From Phoronis australis (taxonomy: Eukaryota; Animalia; Phoronida): 64,000 nt of DNA. The notes under the pieces were generated by a model, which was not told the DNA's origin, did not search any database, and was given only the letters and a program-made list of their open reading frames with translations. This document shows, one piece after another, positions 24,301 through 36,300 of the stretch. Within the stretch, counting starts at the first letter, position 1. Each line of letters starts with the position of its first letter. The translations under genes and the position numbers were made by a program. The stretch lies in assembly GCA_002633005.1 (NCBI GenBank), contig NMRA01000295.1, positions 85,124 to 149,123 of the forward strand, written 5' to 3'.

Positions 24301-27300
24301 GAAAACACAATAGATTAATAGGTAAAACCATAGAAAATGTAACAGTTTATAAGATGATGTCTCACAATTATTGAGTTCAGTTTGAGTGAGTATGATTCAT
24401 ACACTGCTCTCAAGTTGTTTTCAAAATGTCGTTTTTGCATGAGGTCCTGTCTAAAATTGGAACTTTCATGTTTTTTTGGAAAAAAATAAAAGTTGCATAT
24501 AACAAAGATATTTTAGAAACATCTGATACAGTATTTTTGAAATTGATCTTGAGAATTTATTTCAAAATAACGTTAGTCATGATATAGATAGCTTTATATT
24601 GCTATGAGTGTACCAGGAGAGATGTGGTCATGTGACTCAAACAGATTGGTATCAAAGCACTGATTCTGCTCGAATACTGCTGTCATAAAATATATGACTA
24701 AGTCAAATTCAATATTTAGCTAAATGGAAAGAGCCTCAGATAAGGGTATTCACAATTCTTACTGAAAATAAAATAGGTCAGGCAGTTTTAATAATTTCAA
24801 TTTTATTTTTATTGTCAGAAGGAAGTTTAAAGTGAACAGTTGTGTGTTATGAATATCCTGCCAAATAAGCATCAGCGGCATTTTGCAAGAATTTTTTTGC
24901 CTTAACTTGAGTGATTTTTTGTGCAGGCCGAAGCATGGATTGATGAGAAGTTAACAATTGCTTCAGAGGACATGTTCACTGGCGTCACGAGTCTACAAGA
25001 CAAAATGAAGAAACTGCAGAAACATCAGGCATTCGAGGCAGAGATTGTTGCAAATGCTGAACGAATAGAGCGTATTAAACAAGTAAACATATTTTAATAT
25101 GTTAAAACATTAAGCTCTCTTTAAACCTTTATTGATTGAGGTAAAGTGATGCTTGAGCAAATATTTCATGTGTTTTTTTATTATTTCATATGTTTAGTTT
25201 ATTGCAAGCATGCTTTTAAGTCATGCAATTAAACCAGCTGTAGTGATTGTCAGTCAAAGCCAGTTTACATTCATTGTCTAGTGTTTATGAAATAATATTT
25301 ACCATCCTTTATGTCAGTAATTGCAAACACCTGCTGTTGAGTTTATTTACCATCCTCTGCTTTATGTCAGTCATTGCAAGCACTTGCTGTTGAGTTTCAA
25401 CTCCAGGTGACTGCATTTTCCAAATCAAGTCTAAATCCAGATATCACTGTTGTCTGCTGCTTACGTAGTGTTCAGGGGGTCTTTTAGTTTATGCTGCATC
25501 ACAACTTACTGGCCACTTATCTACCATGCTTCAAGGAGTGGCTAAAATTTATTGAAACTACTTTCATCAATGGGTACCACAGAACTGCAACATAACTCAC
25601 CTTTTTGGATAATTTTTGTATTTCTTTGGGTAAAAGCGATCCTAACCAAGTTTTTATGAGGAATTTAATTTCAAAATACCAACAGTTAAAAAATTGCTAG
25701 TTTTAGTCCACAATATCTTGTACAATTATTGACATTCACCATGGCCAATATCTTATTTTAGCCTTTGAAAACACACATTTTGTGAAATAACATTATGGAC
25801 GAGACTGAGATGATTTCGTGTAGGTTTTCATTTGAGTGCTTTGTAATTATGATTATTTATTTGTAAACATGGTGTCAGAATCCATGAGACACAAAAAAAG
25901 CTTAAAACAGTACACACCATGGATTTTTGCACATTTTGAATTACCGGTGGCCACAGAATAAATGTATGACGTAAAATTTAGCTAAACCCATGTTTATTTT
26001 GTGTAATTAGCTCGAAATTTTGATTTTTCTTTCAATTTTTCCAATTTTCACATTTCCCGCCATGTGACATCATGGGTTGAACACAAGAGATTAGTGACTA
26101 GCATTGAACAATTGTGGAGAGCAGTGAATTTGAAAGCGACGATGATTATGAGCAAGAATTGAACGAATACTATGAAGAAATGTACGGGAATGGTGGCCAG
26201 GATGAGGAAATGGGGTTGCATGAAAGCGAGAACAAGTTTAATGTGCTTCCGGCTGCGTACTTTTTCTACTTTGAGCCTTACGAACTGGATCCTCCCGCGA
26301 GAGAAGCGGCCTCGGGCTCGGCGAGTCAACCCAGTCGTCCAACAGACGATCCTGAATTAAGAGCCGATGTTTCTGAATGATAAAAATTGTCCTTTATTGA
26401 ACCAGGCCTTCATCGCAACATCTCCTGTGACTGGAGTCGTAACACGAGTCCTCAAAATTGGGCAGAACACAGAGTGGCCCCGGACCGAATCGCTTGGTCC
26501 ACGATGAGATCCCACACTCTCGTTCGGCACGCGAAGCGATGCCACTTCTGCGTAACTTTGGTGTCCTTCGGAACACCGAGACGTTCTCTGCCTGGCTGCT
26601 GTTGCTGCAGCCTCCGGAAACACATCTTTTGATCCCTCTACGAACCTTCTCGACGCTAAATGTACTTTGCTTTCGCTTCACTCTATACACTTTGTCTCTG
26701 ATCCGAACAGTATGGCGAACGACTTGGGTTCAACCCATGCCGTTGTACATAATTATTATTTTTTCAATTTTTGCATGTTTCTTTATGAGCTGTGAACTAA
26801 AGGCACTGCAATCAAGTAAGATATAATAATAAAATTTATTTTGAGGTACTAGAGTCATGTTGTGTACACTTTAAGGACATTTGATTTGAGTGACATGCTG
26901 ATGATGCAACAGAGAAGTAGTGACTTGCGATAGAATCGTGATGGGGTCTCATGTACTTCTTAATTGTAAAGTTTTTATTAGGAATTAAAGTGTTACGATT
27001 GCAGCGGCCCGTAAATGTAAAGGCATGAGCGGTCAGTAGTGCGAATTGTTGCTGTGAAGTCATGGCTAGTGAGGTAATTGCTCTATTCTTCACAAGATGG
27101 CCTTAGAGTTCCTGATGTGCAGGCTTCAAGATGATCTTAGTGTTCCTGATATGCAGGCTTCTTGACAGCTGTGGTTCTTTCAAATTTATTTATGGAGTAC
27201 AAGCCCGTCGTGACCTGAAACCTAAAGAGTTTTTAATGATTGCATGAAATATCAAGATTTCATTCTTTGGTTAACTTTGATTGGCACAAGACATCAGTTG

Positions 27301-30300
27301 TATCCATAGTTCTCAAACTCTACTCCGCTCTATTACTGGGTAGATTGTATGAGTGAACTGTTTGAATGGAGCATTACAAATGATGAATGTTTCATGTCTC
27401 ACTCAGCTTGTTGTTGATGTCTGCATTGTCAGCTTGTTGATGTCTGCATTGTCCGTTTTGTTGTTGATGTCTGCATTGTCAGCTTGTTGTTGATGTCTGC
27501 ATTGTCAGCTTGTTGTTGATGTCTGCATTGTCAGCTTGTTGTTGATGTGTGCATTGCCAGCTTGTTGTTGATGTCTGCATTGTCAGCTTGTTGTTGATAT
27601 CTGCATTGTCCGTTTTGTTGTTGATGTCTGCATTGTCAGCTTGTTGTTGATGTCTGCATTGCCAGCTTGTTGTCACAGCTGGTTAGAATACCCAGAACAG
27701 TAACATTTAGTTCAGTGAGGTGTTATGTAATCACTGGCCAGAGCCACTGAACAGACACTTGCTTAGCAGCTTGGGTTTTAGACTTGATTTTACTTGATTT
27801 TGAACTCCCTTAAAAAACAGCGTGATGCAATTAAAATGTGATCTTACACAAGTTCATAAATAAATAAATTACCCAAGAATGTGTAAGGGTGATTGCATTC
27901 CAGTTAGTCTCAGTAAATTAGTTCTCAAAGAGAAGGAAAATAGTCAATCTATAGGTTCAGCAAGTGAGGTTAATTAGACAACTAATTTAACACTTTTGAA
28001 AGTTTTGATTGAAAAATGATTAACAGTTTTTAAATTGGTAATGTTAATTTCATGTGATGGTGTATATTTGTCAAGTTGGCATGTGTGAATTTTTTTAAAT
28101 TTGAAGTAGTTTGCACTGATTTTTTGTGCTATTTGGGGCATTAGTTGTTATTGAATCGTGTTTTTCCTTATGACTTTCAGGACTACTTTGGTCTGATGTT
28201 GGTGTTATAGTTGCCAGCATTTTACTTTTAACCAAATAATCAGGTTACAGTCCTATTAAGGAACTTACCAGGACTGTAACATGGTTATTTTCATAAAAAA
28301 ATGTCAGACATGCAGGACGGTTTTCACAAACAAAGCATTTCTTTACCTCTGCCGTATCTGTCTTTGCAAGCTATGTTACTCAAAAGGTAAACAAAAGTTT
28401 GTTTCATGCATTAAATATATTGACCCTATTGCTTTTCATTTTGGAATAGATGTTCGCTCGGATGACCCTAAAATGCTTTCACAATACTTTTGTTCTAAAT
28501 GATATCATTCAATTGCCAGTGCTAAACGGGGACCTGTTTATACAACTTGTATGTCAAACGCCTGAAAAATTGATATACTTAGGGAGATAAATTAGTAACC
28601 TGGAGAATGAGTTTAAGCGATTAGACGTCGGTGAGGAGATAATTCTCTTTTGCACGGTTAGCTAGGAATAACACTAAAAAACATCAAAAATTACCTGAAC
28701 TTAAAGCACAGTTAGAAGGGGAATTTCCACAAATACTATTTTATCGTATGGAGAAGGTCATTTAACTAAACATCTTCAGTGATGTTGTACTAAAGCAACT
28801 TACGATACATAGACCAGTCTATCACGGTAAATCATTCATTGGTAATCACTGCAACACATAGTCTACATAACTGAATCAAATTCAATTGCGAAAAAAACAC
28901 AAGCACTGACGACAGACATGCGTATGATAAACAAAGCAGTGGCAATCAGTACTAAATTCTCCAAACTGACCAGACTGTATTCTAGTGTTCATAAAAGCCT
29001 GTCACATAGTAATTACATGTCGAATGAGAAATAGACAATGCTCACCTATGTATCCTAGAATACTTGAAATATTATAGGTGGAGTGCATTCTCTGATTCTC
29101 ACATTTTCGCAGCACTGACTGGAGAATCATGTCAAATCCTCTTTGAGAGAAACCGGATTTGAGTTAGGACTGCATGGAGGGCAAGGAGGGGAATCCATCC
29201 ATAAAACATTCAACACATTTAAAATCACATTTGTGGGAATTAGGAACCAATTACTGCAGTTACTTCAGTGATGAAAAAACACTGGACAAAGTATTCACCT
29301 GAACTCAGAATAAATTACAATCACTCACAACTGGACTCACCTTCTTGCTCTGACCTCAGTTAGTGTACACAAATCCTATGTGTATGAGTTAGAAACAAAT
29401 CCTATACATTTTGTTACTGTCTAATACTGTAATGTAAAGTTCATTTACTATTTGTCTGCTTGGATAGTAAATAAAAGCAGAGTGACATCCCATCACTTGT
29501 TTCAGTGACTGGATTTCAGGAGGAGAGTTGAACTGCAAATGTAGGGGGGAAACAGGAGGCAAAACATGCTCTACCATACTAATTTGACATATGCCAACTA
29601 AGTGATTTTTATTTAAACTAGCGGAAAAATATATTTTTGTTGTATAGTAACGGATTATCTAAAAAAACTTCTTTATATGAAAAAATTACGTTTGAAATCA
29701 TGGCGTAATTATTTTTGAAGCAAGAGTCTGTTGTTCACTTTCAACATCATATTTTAATCTTAACCCCTCCCCCCTGACCCCCATATATTTTAGACTGGCT
29801 ATAATTTAATTAAGTCGGCAGTGTCAAGTTGTCTCAATGTTAAATGCAGAAGACCTTTGAACCAACTTGGGTATGTTATAGTAAAAACTAAATGTGTTGC
29901 TGTGAACAGCTGTTTGTTGATGTCTGCATTGTCAGCTTGTTGATGTCTGTATTGTCAGCTTGTTGTTGATATCTGCATTGTCAGCTTGTCGTTGATGTCT
30001 GCATTGCTTATACTTGGTGTACAACAATAAAACCTGATTAGTGTTAAAATGATGAACATTTTGGTGTTAGAATAATGAATATTTTGGTGTTAGAATGTGG
30101 AACTAATTTTGATGTAAAATTTATAATTAACATGACAGCAGCATACAACTGTGAGGCAAGATGGCGCCCTCTGACTTGCAGGATGGTAGAGGTCTCTGTG
30201 GTGTTGTACAAGTTGTCATTAACTGTTACTCTCCGTGGTATTGTGCAAGTTGTCATTAACTGTTACTCTCTGTGGTGTTGTACAAGTTGCCATTAACTGT

Positions 30301-33300
30301 TACTCTCCGTGGTATTGTACAAGTTGTCATTAACTGTTACTCTCTGTGGTGTTGTACAAGTTGTCATTAACTGTTACTCTCCGTGGTGTGACATCAATGT
30401 TATTATACAGCGGGACGTAAATGTTTATGCAAACAAATCCTGATTAATCTTTTGGGTGAAACTTCAAAATTAAACTCGCACGTCCACTTTGATCTTGATA
30501 TTTCAAGTTTGAAGAATTTGCCTTAAATTTAAGGTCATCAAGTGCAATTACCAGAGTTAAACACTATTTGACATAAATCATAAAATCTACTCTAGCATAA
30601 ATCACAAACCCGTACCTTGAGAGTTAAATATAGTAAAACAGATGAATCTGATGACAAAAAATTTGGAGATCGAGTTCCTACATTAGACTCCTAGGCTTGA
30701 ATTCTTCCTTGACTCTTCAGGGCAACTCCACAAAAATCTGATGTCAGTAAATTTTCTCAGTTTCTACTTATAAATTATGTTCCTTTTTGTGCTGCTTGAC
30801 TCTTTAGGATGGTGACATTTTGTTGAGACGTCGTCATGAACAGTCAAATGAAATCCAACACAGAGTGAACAAGCTGCTATTACAGTGGAATAGACTGCTA
30901 GAGACATCTGGTGACCGTGGCAAGGGTTTAGCTGAGGCCAAGGACATACTTGAGTTCATTGAGTCTGTGGACATGGTGGAGACCTGGATCAGAGAGAAGG
31001 TAATGAGTGCGGGTGTGACATATGTCTCTGAATAATTGTTTGACTAAGGTCAGATCACATAGTTATTGATTTCACTTTGGGCGTCAAACGTTCTGTCTAA
31101 TGTCTCGTCTACTCATGAAAGCAACACTTGTCATCAAGCTTCACTTACTAGATGTTTCTCAGCCACAGATTCAAACAAAATTGTCACTTGTGGCCGACAC
31201 AGTTGTTAAACCAGTCTGAAAATCAACAGCAGCCATTCTCTTCTGAGTACGAACACATCTGTCTATTCTTGTAATGATCATTTTTGCGGTTTGACTGACA
31301 AAGAGGCAGATGGCACGTGGTGGTGTACTCGGACTAATCCCAGTGTCAGACGGACGATCATTTGAAGAAATTCATTTTCTTTTCCTCAGTCTGTACTTTT
31401 CTTGTTGTTACTGCTAATATTTTTGGTGGTCTTCAAGGCAAAGTGTTGTTCTATTGGTAGAGTGCACTAAGTGTGACTGTTGCTCTGTCACAAAACATGT
31501 TAATTTGTTTCACTTTGAAAAGTTATGAATATTCAGCTGGATTTTGTGATAGCTTTGCTGAAGTTAGTAACCTGAGAATATTTCAGGTGTTGAGTCATCG
31601 TGTTATTTGAATGTTTCTCAATACCTTCACTATTTTCAGGTGAAATAGATTGCATGATAGGATTGTTTTATGATTCCAGGAAATGATTGTGTTACAAGGT
31701 GAAACTGGCCGTGACTATGAACATTGTGTTGAGTTACAGAGAAAAATGAACGATGTTGGATGTGTAAGTTGACATGACACTTTGTTATTCAGAACTAATT
31801 TTGATTGCTTAAATCACTAAACTAAGCTTTGTATTTAGAAAGAATTGGACAGTCATAAAGTCATAAAGTCACAAAGTGATGTGCAGTGGCAAGAGCAGAA
31901 TAATAACTTGCAAGTTTTTATCAGTAACAGTGATACATTGGGAAGAAAGCTTAAACTGTGAATGTGTTGCATGTCAAATACTGAGACATGTACTGCCTGT
32001 CTCATGGTATGACATGACTGTTATGACTCTTGTTTAGGATGTGAGAGTTGATGAATCAAAGTTGAAGGATATCAACAGCTTGGCTGACAAGTTGATCACT
32101 CAGGGCCGAATAGACTCTAAGATGGTGGAAACCAGGAAAAGGGGTGTTAATGAAAAGTAAGAACTTGTTGGCCTTCAGAAATTTGGAATGTGACGTCGTG
32201 CGGGATTGTAGGGATTTGTTATATATTTGGAAACTGAACAAAGAAATGATCTCAAGATCTACAAGGGAAATGCTTATAGTCTGAATCTGAATGCTCTACC
32301 GTAAACTGCTAGTGAACTTTGCAATACAGTTGACAACAATTAAAATGTTTAATCGGCGGAATAAATTAATAAAATCACAATAATTTGTTTTTATGTGAAA
32401 TAGTCATTTTGCCATTGTTGTGGTTCTGGTCAAGTAGGATCTTGTCTTTGAAATCTCACATTATTTTTGTAACTTGGTTTCTGGTTTTATTCCGAGAATG
32501 TGAAGCTGTTATCACACTATGTTAATATTTTAGTTGGAGGAAGCTTCAAGGATCATTTAATAACCATAAGATGAAACTTGTTGAGGCTTTGGAAGTGCAC
32601 GCCTTCAATCGGGATATGAATGACATCTGTGAACGAATTCATGAGAAGTCAGCTATGTTGTCTTCAGAGGATTGTGGGAAAGATCTGGCGAGTGTCCAGA
32701 GTTTGCAGCGAAAAAATGAGGAAACAGAGCGTGACATGATTGCCCTTCAAAATCAAATGGAGGTTTGTCTAGCGCATACTGCGATCACAATTTCTAAAAT
32801 TTTACTTGATTGAGTTTACAGTATCATATTTCCCTATTGTGCACGTGGACGTATATTGCTGTCACCTCTGTCTGGGGTCGACAGCTGTCTCTCCTAATTT
32901 ATAACCACTTGCGGGATCTTTGTGAAATTTGGCAAGTGAGTTTGAATGAATGTGAGAACGGATGGCTGAGACTTACAGAAAGACTTACTACCACTGTGAC
33001 CCCTTTTTCCAGACTAATGCCCACTAGTGCCTAGTAGTGCCAGTTATAAAAATTTTTGATGTCCACCTTCATAGTTTGTTTATTCCAAACTCATTGATTG
33101 ATGTTCGTGAACTTAAGTTGTGGACCACTTGCTCTTTTAAGTTCGCTAATTTTCGCTTTTTCTATTGGGAATATTTGAAATTAATGATCATGTAATCCCT
33201 TGTAGGTGTGCTGTCTGCAGTGCACGTGGTAGGTGCATATCAACACCCTGTGTTGCTCTTGTTGAGAGTGTTGTCCAGCACTAAAAATAGTTTTCAAAAA

Positions 33301-36300
33301 ATGTGCCGAATTTCATTAAAATTTGTCTTGCTTCACTACAGTAAAGGCATTTGATGTGTTTCATAGAGGTTGGATATATGAATATAATGTTAGAACCACA
33401 ACATGCCTTAAAACTGTCAACAGAAGACTATCTGACTACAGTTTGCACTTCAAGGTTCAAAACAACTGATTACATTCCACACAATGTGATTGGTCAAGTT
33501 GATTCTCAAGCAAAGCTTGGTGTATTGTATTTTGATTTAATCAGATTCATTTGTTACGATTTTATTGGGTCAAGAATGGAGAGCTTAAATCACACTTATG
33601 TCCTGTCTGCAATGATTCACCTGACAAAGAGTTGTACATGCTCAAAAGCTTGTGATTTTGTTGGTACTGTAAAATCTTAGCAATTTAAGACACAATATGG
33701 CCAGCAAGTTACCGTATATTTTATTTTAGAACTTTTTTCCATGAAAAATATGTCACATGAAATTAATGTTTTTCCATGTTCATTGCTATTCCATAGCTAC
33801 CATCAGATAATGTTTTGGAAAAATGCAACCATTCACTACAATATTTGAAGCACTTAAAATATAAAAAAATTTGGTAATTATTTTCGTCCGAAAGTGCAGT
33901 TTTATCCTATTTTACACTGAAAAATGTCAGTTTTAAAATGTTTTTTGTTAATTTGTAGCGACTTGAGACTCGGGGTAAGACATTGTGTAAGAAGTACCCA
34001 GACCACCGACCAGCCATTGTGCAGCACCAACACAAGGTTTTGGATGACTGGGAGAGTCTGGAGAGTCTGTGTGACAATAGGTGGCGTAACACTCCAACTG
34101 TCAGTCTAGTGCAGCTTGATAAGTATTTGTCCATGACATTTTATGAATAGGTGAAAACTGCTGTCCGTTGAGTAATGTTTTATTGATGTCTGGCCACTTG
34201 GCGGATGTTTTGCATCTGAAGGAACAATTTTGTAGAATCTCTTGTGCACACAATGTCTCTCTCTATCCATAAACATATCAGTTCACTGGGATTTTGGCCA
34301 GTGGTCGATTTTTGTACTATGTTTATTTTTGTGTAGAACACTGGCAGGTTTAAAATGTCAAGGGGGCTGGACTTCAATTTTAAGGGACGAATGGCGGCTC
34401 AGGCCCATGAGGAGTGACTAAACTCCAGTGTCTGGCCTCACCTTTAGAGCTAATTACAACTTAGTGACAACTGTGCTGATATGGGCAGTAACAGTAACAA
34501 TGATAACGGAACCTTAACATTTAAATGTTAAGTGATTTAGGAGGCATGTCTATAAGGTGTATAAAACCTGAAAACATGAACAGTATGGTAGGCTAAATAC
34601 TTCAAAACTTTGTACAAAATGTTATGTAACTGATTCCAAAGTCAATTGTCCATCTTTTATATCTACCACAAGTGCAGCTAAATCAGCAGTTTTCACCCCA
34701 AAACCACCATTTGCATAGGAACTGAGAGACGGTGCACTCATACTACCAGCTCACAGATATCAGGTGAAAAGTGGGTTTTGACTAGCCAGATTTTTGTAAA
34801 TCCAAAGTGTCTGAAGGTTACCTGAATTTTCTGCTTAAGTTGAAGTTCCTGTTTGCAAGAAGCAGTAAAGGCTTAAGAAAGGCCATGTCTGGACAAGAAG
34901 TGGGTCAAGGACTCGACAAGAAGTGGGTCAAGGACTTGACAATTGGCAAGGTTTCACTCTGAACAACTCAAAAATCAAAAGCAAATGCCATTAGCAGCCG
35001 TCACATGTCACACAAAACATGGCTGCCAACCCAGCAGCCGACAGTGAAATTATCCGTGGCTCAAAAAAACTATTGAATGCCACCTTGCTTATCACTTTTT
35101 CGTAATTATCATTTTGATGGTGCTCTCTCACATTTATTTCTTTTGTTGTTGAGGTTGGAAAATGAAAATGCCTCCTGAAGTATTGCAATGCACTGTGCTA
35201 CTGGCTTAGTAGGATGAGTGAAAAATGTGTCAGCGTGTAACAAGAAGTTGATGTGTTTACAGCTTGATGGACAAATGCCTAAGAAGTCCAGTGACATCAC
35301 TCTACTTTGCTACAGAGATATTGCCGTTAGTTACAATCCTTCACACAAACAACACTGTTGCCACTCAACATTTCAGAATGTAATGACAGTTTTTTCAGTA
35401 AATTTACGTTGGTTCTAACAACCTACTGTTTCCAGGAAACAAAAGCTGAACTCGTCTCTTCAATTCCACAAGCTGGACTTTGATGTGCGTGATTTGATTG
35501 ATTGGTGCCATGATATGTGTTCAAGGATGACCTCTGGTCAGTTACCTAATGATATGTCCGGGGCAAGAACTGTGTTGGAGGTACATCAGGAGAGAAAGGT
35601 GAGACCCCTGCGTGGACAGGGACAAACACCATCAAGAGACTGTTCATAATGAAACGATTTTAAACTTCCATGCACTACTTATCAGAAATTGTTTTGAAAA
35701 ACACTTTACACTTAAAGTTGATTTTGTGATATGCCCTTTCCTTCTAAGTAGAGCCCTTCCAAAATATACAAAGTAGAGGATTTACTAAAAATAGTTTTTA
35801 TGGCAGACCCCATCCCTATAAGAAGAACACTTCCAAAAAAGTCGAATGTAGATGTTTTCCACCAACATGTCCTAAAGTGTATACAAGCTGTTCAGTGCAA
35901 GGCATTTTATAAACTTCTGAAAATGTATTGTAATGAAAATTATTCATTTGGTGGCTTAATAAGTCCTCAGTTTAAATTGTTTATGGTGGCATTGAAATTC
36001 TAATAAACCAGACAAAGTTTTATTTAGACACAGTCTATTATTTATCAATTATACCTTCTATATCATGCTTACCGCCCGTCTCTCTTTAGGCTGAGATTGA
36101 TGGCCGGTCTTACATTTTTGAGAATCTTGAGGACTCCATTGATCACCTGATCAGTAAAGGACACCAGGCTTCATCCAATCTTAACCACCTGCGTCAACTA
36201 CTTGTTGAAGCCAAGAATGTGTTGCACAACACTTGGTCCGACAGAGAACGTCAGCTTACTCAATGTCACAACTTTCAGGTATACGACAGCTCTTTGGTTG

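Larger units (their letters stand above)
25571..27010. mobile_element. Internally deleted Kolobok-like transposon (convergent THAP and KolX-like remnants); ends approximate
   Basis: Minus-strand THAP remnant faces a plus-strand acidic ORF with FEPYELDP; degenerate ends (tcaa|tgggtacc...ctgcaacataac and gttacgattgcagcggccc|gtaa); 17-bp inner inverted repeat. Confidence 0.6.

Noticed and set aside
27674-29913. Intact ProtoRAG/RAG transposon with recombination signal sequences
   Set aside because: No RAG2-like ORF, no intact RAG1 core, TSD of 3-4 bp rather than 5 bp, and no correctly oriented nonamer; only the CACAG start resembles the heptamer. Chapaev-like is the supported call.
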